The notes: generated from the sequence alone by a model not told the origin. DNA of 64,000 nt from Isurus oxyrinchus (GCA_026770705.1 JANJGN010000034.1:7316001-7380000), one strand, 5' to 3'. Counted from the stretch's first letter, positions 1-15,400 are shown. A program made the numbers and translations.

Positions 1-1059
1 ATTCCATGGCAACACCACCTATATTTGAATACATGGTGCCATTAAAACTGAAATCAACAGCGTAATTTTCTGATTCGATATGCACAATGAATATAGATTC
101 ACGCAAAGGTGGTGGATCTGGAAGGCGGTTATGAAGCAGGAGCACAAATATATATGGCTTCCTTAGGTGGAAGATTGGTGAATTGGCTAACAATGGAAAA
201 ATGAGCACAGGGACATAGCATTGAAATGCATATATAAGTCCTGTATGGCCTTCGTAAATTTGAAGGAATCCTTCACCATGTATGTGGAAAGATTGGTCAA
301 AAACTGATTGCAACAATTCATCCAACCATTTGGGCAATTCATATTGCACAGAAAAAGTCATAGCTGATATAAGGGGCTTCACTTTTGTGTGCCTAGGGCA
401 GCCTATACATATGTGAACGCAGCGAACTGTGAGGATGAATCCTGTCACATATACCATGTGATGCCTTATCTCTCTTAAGACCAGTACAGAAACCTTTAGT
501 TTAGCTTGCTTTCGAGCAAGGCTCTCCAGCCATGGTCAGCGGCAGGTCCAATAGATAGAAATTTGTACCCAGCATTATGAATGGCGCGAATTTTGTTAAT
601 ATTGTCACGTTGACTATCCCTGTCAATTTTTCTGGTTTACTGACATATATATCTAGGATGGTCTTAAAGTTGTAAGACATTCGTGTTGCATGTGAAAGTC
701 AGACAGGTCATTCAGAATCCTTCAACCAACACGTACTAGATCAGCTAGGCTCACTTTCCAGGTTTCAATGTCTTCAGTGGACGCTGGTTTCTGGTGGCAT
801 CTTGTCAGGAAATACCTTTTGCCGTTTGATTTTCAATGAAGGACATGAAAATAGAAACCACGTGCAAGACTAAACTCCTCGATTTCTTTGAGTGCATGGC
901 CAGGGAGGCTGGTTACCTGTTTGGTGGCATCATTAGTTGTGTTGCTAAGCCGCTTATACTTAAGTGAGGTTAGGGGCAGACGGTTTCTAACCGGTACTGT
1001 TTATAGTTTAGTAACCAGGTGAACCTGTATAGTGGCATAAACAGATCAAATGCACCCTT

Positions 1060-1985
1060 TCGTTCACAATGCAAAGTTGATGCTATAATATGGCGCTGTA
1101 TATCATGCAAACTAATGAACGGGCCAAGAGCGTCATTTTCGGCCATGAATTGTGCCCTCTCGAACTCAGATTACCCTGGAAGGGCAAGTTATCTCAAATA
1201 GTTTTAGCAATAGATGTAGATACCTGATTCACGCCTCTACAGTGCAGTAGCAACATGAATGGTATTCGCCAACAGCAGGACGCTGTCGTCAATTCAAAAA
1301 GATGTTCTGCCTATGAAACAAATGAATAATGTGATACATGAGTTTCAGCGTTAGTGTGATTTTAGGTATGTAGGCCCTGTGCCCCAAAGAGTGGCATGCC
1401 ATACAAATCAGCATGTCACAGCCACTTGTTACAATGGGCATTGTGCAGACAGTACCCAACCAGCCAGTCCTGGCAAAACGCAAATCACAGTATCCAACAT
1501 TAGATGTGATTCGGCGATTGGACAGTATTTGTTAAATACTCCTCAGTGTGCTAACAGTTACGCTGACCACCAATTTCAGATTGTCAGTCGGGCGTGGTTG
1601 TGTGCACTGGGAAATACATATATTAACACAAACAGACCTTGTTCTTTGCAGACAGAAAGATCATGTACACACATTGCAGCAGTTTCAGCCAAACATAATA
1701 AGTTACAGCCATTCGCTGACTCATTCCTCAGGGCCATGCCTTCTACAATCAGTGTCAAACTACTCGGTTTGAATTTCAAGCAATGCTTCGCAGTTAGCTG
1801 TGGGTCAACATCACTGGCGCATTCTCCATGGCAACATCTCCAGCAAACAGAGTTCACTTGCCAAGCAATTATATTTTCTTCACAAACAGATAAACTATTG
1901 TTTCCTCTTATACTGGTATTCTAGATGAGTGTCCAGATGAGCGAAAAACGTAAATCCTTTACATTTCGCTTTTTTCAGCAATACT
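1060..1985 (+). mobile_element. Decayed Penelope-like retroelement, C-terminal GIY-YIG endonuclease region and terminal repeat
   Basis: Translations LRLPWKGK (about 1165-1190) and RCDSAIGQYLLNTPQCANSYADHQFQIVSRA (ORF 1379..1924) resemble PLE RT-thumb/GIY-YIG ends; frameshifted. Confidence 0.7.
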
Positions 1986-3447
1986 CCAGTTCTGTACTAA
2001 CATGCGACCATTTACGTGCATTGTTGCTATTACCATCACCGGGACAGAATCATGCCTTAGGAAATGCGACAGTTCAGCTCTCAGTGCATCAGATATACCA
2101 GCAATTCCAACATTATCCATTCAGGGCCTTTAACTAAAGGAAGTTTCCCAAGGGACATATACAAGCTTGAAGAGAAAAAAAGATCAGATATACCAAGCTA
2201 TACAAAGAGATAATAGGATAGGCACTCACAAATAAGATCAAAGAGGCACGTTTCAAAAAACATCTACAAGGAAGAAAGAGTGATAGAAAGGCCGTGTGTC
2301 TTTCGAAGCGATATCGAGCTCTTTGGGACTTAGCATTGAAAGCTGCTGTTTGGTGGAGCAATTACTGTTACTGAGGACACCAACGCTAGAGTCACACCGA
2401 TATCTTCGAGAAGTTGGAAGGCATGACAGGAATGTGATATCATGCCGAGGTTTGAAAACAATGTTAAGAAATTATAAATTTGGGTGTTGCTTGAGCTCGA
2501 GTAATGTAGGAATGCAAGCAAATGAATAATAGTTCAGCGCAACTTAGAGTCAAAAAGGATACGTGCATCAGAGATTTGGGTGAGCAGAGGATCATTTTGC
2601 TGAAGTCAGATGGAAGATGAATTTCGGCTCCTACCAGGTAACCTGGAGGTAATCCCTCATGCAGGCGACACCAGACAGCAATGAAATAGATTCTATCATA
2701 TTCAGTGGACTAGCTCTATCACTTTGATATAGCATGCAATTTTATTTTAGGCACAGTTAACCAAGTAGCGCTCTGCGACATACATAGCTCGGATTGCAAC
2801 AACCTGTTGCTTTAACATAGCCCCTATAACATTGCACAGTCTCCTTTGGCACTTCTCAGGAGTGTGATCTGTCGAAGTACCATGTAAACTACATGAGGAG
2901 ATCGAGGGGCTAAACGGCCCATTGAAAGACCATCTTTATACGGGTGACAACACGAGTGGCGCCATGTAGATGCAAGTTATTATTTTAAGCAGCCTCAGTA
3001 CCATTTAAAGCACATGTGGGTTTACATTAGTCTGGACCAAAATGCGCAATAACGTTCAAAGCAATTCAACTCAACAGAGTTTAACATCAAGCGGGAGGTA
3101 TGATACCATTCGTCTTTCAGTATCAGCCAAGACCCGTTTTTGCATATTGATATAGTAAAGCAGAAATGCCTTAGTTGCTTTTATTTTTTCACAAGCTTTA
3201 AACGCTATCTCAATGGAGCAATCTGCATATCAAAGCGTTTTTCACTTAGGGCATGCTGCTTATCTTCATTGACTGGATATCAAATTCTACAAGTATCAAT
3301 CCATGCATCTGATTGTGTTCAATCGTATTCGTTCAGACCCATCGAGTACTATGAACCATTATTACATTCCTCCCACTTGCACAATTGTTAATCGTTCCAG
3401 GTGCACGTCAGATAATATTTCAACGTCTCCCTTTTCCTCAACTCCAG

Positions 3448-3483
3448 CTATCGAGAAGCTTAAAGAGAACATTACTGATCTAG
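3448..3483 (+). CDS. Micro-exon E1, 36 nt, [12 protein letters not shown]
   Basis: Acceptor ccttttcctcaactccag, donor gtgggt; paralogous to E7 (KLKENI). Confidence 0.85.
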   Translation, partial: LSRSLKRTLLI

Positions 3484-6400
3484 GTGGGTGAAATTATTGA
3501 GCAATGATCCATTATAAACCTGAAAAGTTGTTTCCTTGATTACTTTATTTGCCATAATTTACGTGGCCACATTGTGGAAAGCAACACATGAGCTGTGAAC
3601 ATTGTGTTACTTATTGCTTCTTAAGAATAAAGCAACCGTTGTGTTCCAATATAGAAATACCAAATGGATGCACAGTTAACAAAATGCTTGGGTCATTTAT
3701 GTCATTCAAAACTGATACATGTATATTTTCATCAGTCATTTGAAGTAGCCTTTGTCTGCCTGTTTTGGCTCTATGGTGTCCTTTTTGACGCTGAGATTAA
3801 AGCTGGTAGGCTTAACCCACTCCAGAGACATGAGCATGCATCACAGGTGAACCGGCCCCCACCTATTATTTCAGCAGCGCTGCATCGTAGATCCTCCATG
3901 TCCCAGTCTGTCCCCTGAGGTGGACACAAAATTATTCACTGCATTATTTCTAAGCTAGCAATGGCGTCCGGCCTCCTGAATTGATCAATAGCCTTTTCCC
4001 CTCAAATAATATCACTAGAAACAGAATGTATGGTAATTCACCTCATCTCTGTTTCAACGAATATAATCTTGATCACCACGTCCTCGAGATCTCCCGACTT
4101 GCGTGCCTGTTCCCAAATTCGGGATATGAAATTGTGCAGCCTTGGTGCTTCCACATTTCACAATTTCGGCAGTGCTCAGTCTGCATCAGGAGATTGGTTG
4201 TTTTTCAACCATTGAATCGCTTTTTCAATCTCACTCCGAGACAGAGTCCAATGGGCTATTGAGGAATGGAGTTGAAAGCGCTCAAGTTAGAGGCTGAATT
4301 AATGTTTAGGAGTCCATTCAAATGTTCTCTCTAGTGGCCACTGACTGTCTCCCTATCCGTGATGAACTTACTTCTAAGCTTGGCTCTCAGCAGGGTGTGC
4401 CTCTGATTGCCCAGGTCATAGACCCTCTTGACAACGATGGAGAAAATACGGATTTTGTTGGTGTCGGTGGGCTGCTGCATCTCACACACTCTTCATAATC
4501 ACCATTGCTCATCATGTTGCGCCCTTAATGCTGTACCGCTGTTTTCAACCACATGTAGGGTTGTTGGATTCCTCTTATGCTGTACTCAAGTTTCCGATCA
4601 ATGAAAGTTTTGAGCATATGCAAGATTAGATCTTGTATCCCTTTGCCACTTTCACCAAACCAGTCATGATGTTTCCTGGTAGAGAAAGTATCTCCACAGA
4701 TATTTGATATGGTCAACTGTAGGTTGATCAACCAGACCGGGCACCCTTGTAGCTCCCTTTGGCTGCACGTTGACATGTTGAAAGTAAGGCGCTGACTGAG
4801 AAGAGCAAAATTATTGGGACCTTTGAGACCTTTGATGTTTATTTTCATACATTATCGTTTTTTTTTTTCCTCCACTATTTGCGGAGAGGTTGGGGTAGCA
4901 TGCAGATTGGATATTGCAGTGGTTGGTTCAGCAGTTGCTAATATCTGACATGGCAGAGTTGATGCGGAGATCTCTGTGAAAGTTGACGTGTAATGTTTGG
5001 GCCATGGGTCTTGCCATGAGAACATTCTCCTCGTATCACTGGCAGCCCAGAGTATTAATTATGGCAAGATCTTGTCCTAGGCATTATCCCAGGAGCACTA
5101 CATTGGGGCTTGCTTTCCTACTCGCTTCTTGTCTATCAAACCCTTCCAGACATTCGTGAACTTCCAGACCCTGGCAATGAAATAACCGAGGATGATCAGA
5201 TTGTCACCTGCTGAGATGCAGGCTAGTGATTGCTCAAGGTTGTTCAACAATCCTTTTTTTTTCTAATCTGTTGACTCAAGTGTAGGAGCATATGAGCCGA
5301 TGACAGAGGCATGCTAATTCTTCGTTAGGGTGAGTCTAGAAGACATAAGGCACACACATATCCCACACGGGTGAGTAGTAAATACGCCAGAGATGTCCAT
5401 TTTTGCTCATGAAGCCAACTCAGTGAAGGGATCTTCATTTATGGACAGTACTTCCAGAAAATGATGTACTGACTGCCTTATTCCTTCAGTTGGCCTTCTC
5501 CCATCAGTTCAGTCTCACTTTTCCACAGAAATATCGATTTCAAAGCTTCAGAAGCACATATTTATCTGTAAATCACATAGGACGTATTGAGGTGTATAAG
5601 ACATTACAAAAATTGAGGCCTATCTATCTTGGCTTCTTTCTTTTTTTTAGCTATTCTTACGTTTTTCAGTTACTTTCTTTCCTTCCAGGATACCATCTTT
5701 CTGCCTACTCTTCTCTCTTATTTTATTTTGTAAGTTACTGGACAATTGCCAGCCATCCTCCAAGCATTGACTGAAATTATATGCCAGCCGCAAACAATGC
5801 AAATGTCTACACGGTGACTGTGAGTAATCTTGCTGTTCATAAACTCATGCCATATTGCATATGTTTCAATTAGGTCTAAAATTGAGCCGTAAGGACACGG
5901 GTAAATATGTGCATAAAGTTCATTATCTTAAATAAAACGTGAAAATGTAACTGAAATGTTAATAATTCTATCCAAGGTGCTTGCACTTGGCCCAGAGTTT
6001 TATGTTTTTTCTTTATGATTCACTTACCTTGCAACGCACTGTTCTGTTGATACAAATGGACACTTCCCCTGATAGAATCAGTAGTAAGAAATGCAAAAGA
6101 AGATAACAGTTTATTTATGCAGGTTCTCTTTCTTTGAAATTGCAATTACACCTCATTCACTTCAATCACGTACAGAGGGAGATGACATTTCATAATGACA
6201 AGGCCACAAAGCCGGCAGAATTGCATTGAGATTTCATTGTAAATGGTACCCAACAAGAAATCGCTTTTTCCTTTGTGGACTTTAACTCACGTCATATATC
6301 AGAAAGATTGTGGTGGGAGTGATGATCCCATTTATTCTGCTTACTTGGCCGTGTCAAATTTCACACCTCTATATCCCAAGCACATTAAGAGTCAAGGACA

Positions 6401-9400
6401 GAGGACAGTGGTTATTCGAACAATGACCTTTGTTTCAAAAGCATGTAGTTGACTTTCTAGTTAACCAGTAAGGGACTTGAAGAGAACAAATCCTTCAAGG
6501 TAGCAAGGCAGGTGGACAATGTGTTTAAGGAGGCATATGGAGCCCATTAATTTATTTGCCAAGGCACAGGGTAAAAGAACATGAAGGTTATGTTGGAAAT
6601 ATGCAAAACGTTATTTAAGCCACAACTTGAGTAACGTGTGAAGTAATGGTCACCTCAGTACAGAAAAAATGTATTGCATTTGGCAAGGTAGAGAGGGGAT
6701 TCACACGGATGTTGCTAACATTGTAAATGTACAGCTCTAAAAGGTGATTAAATGGGTTAGGGTTGTTCTCTTTGGAACAGCGAAGCTGAGGGCAGATTCA
6801 ATTGGCATGTACTAAATTGTGAGGGGCCTGGAAACTGTGGATGTGTATGGCAGAATTACTTCAGCAGGGATGAGGCGGGCAAGATTTCAATTGATTGGCA
6901 GTCGTATTAGCGATGGACTGAGTGGAGGTGGGAACACCCAGAGAGTTGTAGGGGTCTGGAACTCACTGTTTGATAAGCTTGTGGAGCTGGAAACCCTCAA
7001 CTCATTTAAAAAAAATTTGGATATGTACCTGAACTGCTTTGAACTGCAGGGTCACCGAACAAATTCTGGGAAATGGGATTAGGGGCTACGTGGCATTATT
7101 TTTCGGCCAGCACCATGGGCCAAGTGGCACCTTTTCGTGCCAGAACCGTTCTAAGATTCTAACTTGCTATGATGTCGTTACATGCATTTGACTATCGGTA
7201 ACATCATTTTCTTTCCCATTCTCCAACAAAGATCGTCTGTTTTGGTGCAGTTTCGGAGATTTTTCAAGCGTGTTCATCCATCTAAAGAATCTCAGTGTGC
7301 TAACAGTCCTCCTCAGTACAATTTTCAAAACCTGCAGCATAATCTGCTGATAAATAAAGGCAAAGTATGTGGAGTCAAGGGCCTAATGCCAGAATGGATT
7401 GCTCGTTGGCTTCAATACATAAAACAAAGTCTGGATTCAAACGGTAGTTAGTCAGGGTGACAAAACGCACGAGCTGGTTTTCCATAAGGATTAGCAAAGG
7501 GACTATTACTGTTCACAAATCACATTCATGATTTGAACAATGAAATCCAAAGAATTTCTAAATGTGCAGATGGCACAGAATTTGGGCGGGGTGGTGGGGG
7601 GGGTGGGGTGGGATATTTGGGATACAGAGAAGGACGGCAACAAATTACAGGATGTTATTACTAAAATTGTATTCCGTGCATATAACTGACAAATGAGCTT
7701 CAAAGCGTGAGAGCATCATTAGGGCATACAGAAAGACTATTGGGGCTATCAAGTGCGGGCTGGTTCTCTGCATCACAATCTGGGCAGTCCTCCTGTACCA
7801 TTCCATTGTCAAATCTCTCCAAGTGTATTTCACTGAAGTATCCATCAAATTCATTTTTGAAATAATTGATCGCCTCTGCTTCCAACATATCACTAGAGCT
7901 CGAGCTCAATTCAACAGTGTTCTCAGTATAAAAATAAAACTTCCCTTCATTCCCTCTGCCCCTCTTATTCAAAACGGCAGAACTGTGGCTCAAAGTCCTT
8001 CTATAATCGAATACTGAGAACAGCCTCTCTTTCTGTCCAACTTTTTGAATCCTTTAATTATCTTTTCCAATTGATGCAAGGCGAACGGGAGTTTCTTCGA
8101 CCTCCAAGATAATGCCAAAAAAAAGTAAAAAAACTGCCACAAGAGAAATGCTGGAAAACATCAGCAGGCTTGGCCGCATCTGTACTGTTATGAACAGAGT
8201 TCAAGTTTCGAATCCAACATGGCTCTTGCTCGTAAATGCATTGGGGACATTTGCAATCCGTTTTGGCTCATTTAATTAAGTTTAAAACTTTGCAAGAGTC
8301 TGCAAACTTTCCCCATGTTTATTACCTCTAAAAGCTTATTCGAAATATATATGAAACCAAATGATCAACAAAGTGCATCACAGGTTAAGTCAAGTTTCTA
8401 GTCAAATGTGGAGGTCAATTATAGAAAGTACAAGTCCAACTGAGGTAGAAGAGTTAGGAATTTGGAAGTGAAAATGCACCAATCACTTCAGGTTGCGTCA
8501 CAGGCTAGCAGTGCCATAACAAGAAGCAAATCACTGCACTTTTTTTCCAAAAGGAGAGCATTCAAAAGTAGGGCTATTTTGCTGAACTGACAATGAATCT
8601 TGGTTAGGCCATGAGTAGAGTTTTGTATACATTTTGTCGCTGCATTATTAAAAAATGGGGGCATTGTGTAGGGTGCATTGAAGTTTTACAAGGATCATAG
8701 CAGGAGTGCCTGGGTTTGTATGTGAGGAAAGGATAAAGAGCTTTGTTCTCTCTGGTCTTCAAAGAGAATTCTGAGAGGGAACGAATAGAGGTTTTTATAA
8801 TGATGGTCAGTGTTGTTAGAGTGAATACGGAGACAATTCTTCCTCTTGGGATAGGTGCATCTTTAGAGGCCATTGACATGAGATAGTAACAAATAAATTC
8901 AATAGGGAATTTCGAGGAATCTTCTTTTCTCAAAGAGTGATGAGAACGTAGCACAGGCTACAACAGAGGTGATCAAAGCGAGCGGCATTGATGCATGAAA
9001 TGGGCAGCCGATGAGACATGGGTGGGAGAGGGTAACGGAGAGTTACGATGCCAGATGTGGAAAGATGCAAGGAGACTTCAGTTATCTCTAACAGCTGCAT
9101 GCTCTCAGTGGGCCTTATGGCCTCTATCAGCGCCTTATATCTTTCCTAATTCTATGTGTCGTCAAGAAGTGTCTATTTCTGATCCATAATCCCGTCTTCA
9201 ATATTGGGACTGGAATGCTACATCTAATTGTATGCGTGGTGCTGACATTGAGTTCGCTGCTTGCACTAAATAACATTAAACTGTGTTTATCTTCCAACTG
9301 GACGTGTGTGCGAATGTATCAACGTACTTACATTCTTTTCAACTCAAAGGACCATTTCTATTTCGAAAACGTATGGTAGACAAATATGGGTTAAGCTATA

Positions 9401-12400
9401 TGCAGCAGAATAATCTAAGTGCAAACGCAAACACACATACTCTCTCTCTCTCCATTTTTCTCTCTCTCTTTCTCCCTCTCCCTCACCCGCACACACACAG
9501 AAACATTGACACTCACGCACATACACAGAAACATTGACACACGCACACAGAAACATTGACAGACGCATGCACACACACACAGAAACATTGACACACACAC
9601 CGCACACACACAGAAACATTGACACATACACGCACAAAAAGTGATAGAGAGAAACGGACACACACACACACACAAACACAGAATGATAGACAAACACACA
9701 TATACACTTAGTCACCCTTTTTACAGTTATGGTAGAATAGAAACTTTCGAAAACACAAAACAATCACTATCCTGCAACCAAAATCATTTCCATTCAAATG
9801 CACATCCCGAGAGTCTCATGTTGATTAAGTTTCTGTTCCAGGATAATTGCGAATGATTCATTTTAGTTTGTAAATGTGGCATCCGTAATCTCAATAGTAA
9901 AGCATGTTGCCATAACAATAACACATGCCTTTCATTGCCATTGGAGGTCTATATTATTCTGACCTTCAGAGGAGAAGAGCCTTCCTTTATGTGGTTCCAA
10001 ATTCCAGTCCACGTCCTTCATGCATGCACCACGTATCTGCTTGAGTTTGTTGTCTGATTTCTAGTAACCATTCGGGATCATAATTCCTATTACCCCTAAC
10101 CACTGTGCCTCTAGTTGATTCCCGATTTACTGACACCACAATCCTGAAAAATGTCCATGAATAGATGCATTGATTCTGGATTACTCATCATGAGTTTTAT
10201 AGTTTCCTACCAGTTCTGCCAGTAACAGGGATGCCACGAAATGTATCCAGATTAGAGGGACACTGAATGAAATTGTAATGTTTTACGCTGTTTCAATAAA
10301 ATAAACTTGCATTAACTTGTGCCTTTGATGAAGCACCACAATTTAAAGTGCGTGACAACTGAGTTATCTGCATAAACATATTCAATATGTCTCAATAGAT
10401 GCCCAAACTTGGCCAACGACGTGGGTTTAAAGCAGCAACACAGTATTACGTCGACCACTCATCATGTCGGTGGATGTGTATAATGCACTTGTCCAGGCAG
10501 AAGCAACAAAAGCAAGTTGGAAAATGTTAAATTTCAAACCAATTTGCCTATCCACATAACGGTTTATGGAGCAATTCATTTTTTTACATATACTGTGCAG
10601 TTAATTACTTGCACGAGCCATCAACTCATTTGATCCCACAGAACATAATGCCCACTTAACGTTTTAATCCCCCAGAATGCCAAGACTTAAGGGACAGCCT
10701 TGAAGCTAAAGGTACATGAATGCATTGTTCAGAATTGTTTGTTACTGTCGTTAAAATCCAGCTTCGAAAATTCTTACAAGTCGTAGTTTTCGTTAAAATG
10801 CAAGCAACGCAGTAGAGTTCACTTGTGGATGAGTGAAATTAACAAGCATATAAATTAAATTAAATGTACTTAGAGACTTGGTGAGCAAATTTGAATATTA
10901 TGTGAATCGGAGGAGAGGGCGATGGTGGGTGATGGCGGGCAGGTGGTGCCGAATCTTCACACTGGTTGGAGCCATGCCAAGTTAGATACAAGACTGTTAT
11001 GCTTTTTCTGAAACTGATCATGTTACCCCCAGGACAGAGTTTCAGGGGATTTCAGCAGTAATATTGGAGTCGCAGATATAGTCAGCCACCCAACATAATC
11101 TCATGAGTGAAACTGTTTAGTGATGGTGGCAACTTCGCACCTGGCAGATACTCAAACATTCGCACAGTGAGAAGCGGAAATCATTTAGTTCTGTGTTAAT
11201 GATTCTCAAGGAACGTCCACAGCACAAAAACGCCAGAGAAAGGCCATCTCCAAGAAAATGGATGCTAAGAATCTCGTCTTGATATTTAATGGCATAACCA
11301 TCGTTGACTCCCCATCATGAACTTACTAGGAATTACCAGTGGTAAGCGATTTATCGAGATAAGCCATGTAAATACTGTGGCTGTATTAAAAAGGTCAGAT
11401 GATGGTAATTTTTTCCCCAAATAAATCACCTCCTGATCTCTCAAAGCAAGTCCACCATCGACAATGTTCATGCATGGAGTGTGTTGGAATATGTATTCTC
11501 TCCAGCAGCCTAGAAGATTGTAGGTCAAGGACAATCAAAATCGGCATCATCCTGAATAATAACAGAAAGTGCTGGATTTGCTTAGCAGGTCCACCATAGA
11601 GGTATTGTGGCAGCAATGTGAACTACCTACAAGATGCAGTACAACATCTCGTCAAGGCTCCTTCAGCAGGCCCTTCCAATTCCGACACATCTACGAGTTA
11701 GAAAAGCCAGGGCAGTAGCCGTGTGTAATATCACTGTCTTTGTGATTTCATTTATGTCCCACAAAAACATGACTTGTGCTGATATCACCGTTTGCTCACT
11801 ACCACTTAGCCAAAATCCTGGAACTCACCGCCTAATAGCACTCTGACTGTACCTCCATCACATGCACTGCAGTGGTTGAACAAAACAGTTAGGTACCATG
11901 TTATCGAGGTAATTATGGAGACTCTAAATGTCAGCAATGCTCAAATCCAAAGAACGATTAAAAAAAGAGACCACACTTGGTGTGCTGCACAGAATTGTGC
12001 CCTCCGTACAATTCAGCAGGTCCACAGTTGGAGCACTGTTCACATTTCTGGCCAACAAATAATAGAAAATAATACATGGCTGTCTGAAGTGCAGAAAATC
12101 ATTGACAAGGATGATTCTAGAGCAGGGAGAAAACAATGAATGAGCTGAGGTAATATTCTCCAACAGAGGAGACATAATAGAGGTTTCAAAAATTATGAAA
12201 CAGTTTGATCGGCTAGTAGTATGGAATTTACTTCTATAATTGGGAGAAAATAAACTAGCAGAGATAGCGGAGCTATCATAAGGTAGTCATGAATAAACTA
12301 AAGAAGGAAGTCAGGCTAAACATATTTATGTGGAGAGTGTAGCCACATTGGAATGTTCTACTAAATGGAGTGTTTGTGGGAATAAATACAGCAAGTACTA

Positions 12401-15400
12401 GGAAAACCCAAACGGCCTGACAGCACTTGTAGAGAGAGAAACACGGTTGAAGTTTCGAGTCAAATATGACTCTTCGGAACTGCACAAGTAGAAATGTGAA
12501 TGTTCTAATTATTTTGAAAAAGTGGGTAGAGACAGGTGGAGCAAAACTGAAAGTCAGAGATAGGTTAGAGAGAGCGGGAGAAAAAATAACAGTAATATCA
12601 TGGAACATCAGTTAAGGCAATGGTAATGGTTTTAAAGGAACAAAGCTTGGTCGGAGTCGGTGCTTATAGCAGAATAAAAATTGGAGCAGAATAATATGAG
12701 CATTTGCAACATGAGGCTGAGAGGTAGAGCTGGTTAAAAAAATGTCATAGAGAAGAAAAGAATGGGTATGGCCACTGAGTAAGATGAAATAGCTTTAGAG
12801 GAGTGCAGTCGAAAATATAATTATCAAGAAACACTTGCTGTGCTGAATTACAAAAACTGTATTTATTTCCACTAATAACAACTCTCACACCATAAGCTAA
12901 CATAATTATGATAGAATGATGGAATATTCAAAACGGAATGATCCCATATCTGCCCAGTCTTCTTGAAATTATTTCCCCTTTACCGTGCATTTTTCTCAAC
13001 TTCAAGTATTTATTTAGCTCCCTTTTGAAAGTTCCTGTTGAATTTGCTTCCACCGCCTTTCAGACAATCTATTCTAGATCATAATAAATCACTATGCTTA
13101 TGGCATTTCCTAATCTTAGCTCTCGTTCCTCTCAGAAACCTTTAAACTGGCCTCCATTGGTTACTGACAATTCTGCATATAGAAAAATTTCTCCGTTTCA
13201 GCATCCCAAAATGTGATGATTTAACAATCCTATTGTAGATGGTTTAAACGTGCTCTGCATGGATAAATACCAATTTGCCCCCTATCCCAAAGTAATCAAT
13301 TTCTCAATTCTGCCATCATTCTAGTACCTTCCCTCTGCACAGTAAGCTCATCCTCGACATCCCTCTGAATGTGTAGTGGAAATAATCGGAAATAATATCC
13401 AAATATAGCTGAGGCCGAAGACATGAGTTATTCGATATATGCATTGCAGACTAAGATTTTCCAGTTCCTCAAATTAAAAAAATCGACTTGGCATGATAAT
13501 CAAGTAATGAGGTATTTTTTGTACACGAAGCTGAACACACTTGCTTCAAATATTATTAACATGATGAATATGCTTTGTTCCTATTAGACCAAGCATTAGC
13601 AAAGAAAGACAAAGGTGAGTATTTTCTATTATTCCATATATTGCATAAAACTTTCAGTGTTGAAACTTTTGTATTTTTTTCTTTGTTTTTGTTTCCTGGG
13701 TTATGGGCATCGCAGCAAAGTCCAGCATTTGGCTTCCATCCTTAGTAGCACTTGAGTTAAAAAAAAAACAATCACAGTGCTGGGAGTCTCATTTTGGTCA
13801 GAGCCGGTAAGGAAGACATATTTGCTTGCCTAATGGGCATCCCTGACACTTACCAATGTCATTGACACCATGACTAACTCAAGCTTCATATTCCAGGTTT
13901 ATGAATGTAATTTAAACTTGCAGGAACTACCACAGTGGGATTTCAATCTATCTTCCCGGAGTATAACTAAGCCAGTTGAAATTCCACCCAGCTAGAAGAT
14001 CAACGTTTTGTTGCAGGTTATCAGATAATGGGGTTAGAAACAGTCGTGTTCCTTTAGCCTTATCTTTTGTTCCATTATTATTAGAAAAAAATATATTGTT
14101 CTGATTCCATTTCCTCGTTCACATTCTCCCTTTGGTGGTCATCGCTACTTTATACACATACTTAACACGTGTTTGCATTTTGTGTTTCTTGCGATGGTCG
14201 ACCGTAGTTAGTAGAATAAACACATGGAAAAATATTTTATAATGCTGATGAAAAATTAGCCTTTTCACGAAGGGGGCATGGATTGCGAAAAGCTGTAAGC
14301 TCATTTCACAGGCGTGCAAATCTCGGGTTTCACAGTTTTTATATCATTCAGTTAACTTCAGGGAAACAAACATCAGGAAGGATATGCTCAGTTTCAAATA
14401 AATGCAGCTGTTATTCATTAGAACAAACCTGGACTAAAGGTGCTGAACACAAACCTGCTTAACGATAAGCTTTTCTCAAAAAAAGGAAAGATCTTGGTGA
14501 GTTGCATTGCAGCATCTTCCAATCACTTGACCCCGTCAACCTAGCAGGACAAGGGCTGTAGTTGCATGGAAACACCATCACCTGCAGGTTTCCCTCCAAG
14601 CCACACAACATCCTGACTTGGAAATAGGTTGCAGTTCCTTCACCGTCACTAGACCAAAATCCTGGATTCCCTCCCTAACAACACTACATGTGTACCTGCA
14701 CCAAATGGACTGCAGCAGTTCAAGAAGATGGCACACCATTGCTTTTTCAAAGGCAATTAGGGAAGGGTAATAAATGCTGGCCTAACCAGCGACACCCACA
14801 CCCAATGAAAGAAGAATAAAAAGAAAAGACATGGACCATAACTGCCTCATTGAACAATTAATTGCAGCATCTCTTCCAATATGTCTAGCATTAACTCTTT
14901 CACGAATAATTACCAGACAAACAGTACCTCTCACATAATGTACATCACACCCTCACACAAGTTATGCTAACTCTTATGCCATGGTTGTGTCTCATTATTT
15001 CCCACAACACTGTTTTACTGATGCCCCTGGCTGATATATGCAGGTTCCTTCTCTCACAAGGTGGTGAGTTAAGAGAAACCATATCCACATTTGAACATGT
15101 CCAACTTAATTCCTATATCACAAAAATGACTTCTGAGAGGACTATTCAAAACGTTGCCAAGCCAACCGTCAAACAAACATTTCCCATTTTCCTAACAGAC
15201 TTAGAGAAACTACGAAAGAGTAATTTGGACTATGGTGAGTGCAAGAATATCGGGATCAGTGTTGTTATTCAAAGCCGGGCAACTAGCACATTCATTTGTC
15301 GGCCATGACATGTGCATCTTTCTCTCGGAAATGTGTTTTTGCTAGGCTACTGGGAGGGTTTGTGTATCAGTTGCAATTGTGTATTATTCCATGAAATCGA

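Noticed and set aside
1921-1960. Hammerhead-like motif at the Penelope end (also reversed near 43770-43800)
   Set aside because: The CTGATGA...GAAA core is mutated, so no intact ribozyme can be supported.
2610-2637. ATG-initiated segment MEDEFRLLP with gtaacc donor as a first coding exon
   Set aside because: It lies at the edge of a decayed L2-like repeat with no promoter or other support; the gene more likely continues upstream of the window.
3337-3483. Longer 147-nt in-frame version of E1 (ORF 3303..3491)
   Set aside because: The acceptor at 3447 has a better pyrimidine tract and gives the 36-nt class size; the extension is Ser/Thr/Pro-rich with no heptad pattern. It cannot be fully excluded as an alternative acceptor.
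9350-9370. Possible 21-nt exon GPFLFRK
   Set aside because: Wrong size class, AAG acceptor, ends in C, and contains helix-breaking Pro.
9283-9856. Cys/Val- and His/Thr-rich ORFs (also the Ile/Tyr ORFs at 41680-42315 and the poly-Pro ORF at 34231-34608)
   Set aside because: These are translations of microsatellites and the poly-C run.
14470-14496. Possible extra 27-nt exon AFLKKRKDL with gtgagt donor
   Set aside because: The acceptor (cttaacgataag) lacks a pyrimidine tract, position 4 is Lys rather than hydrophobic, and E4-E5 already alternate correctly.
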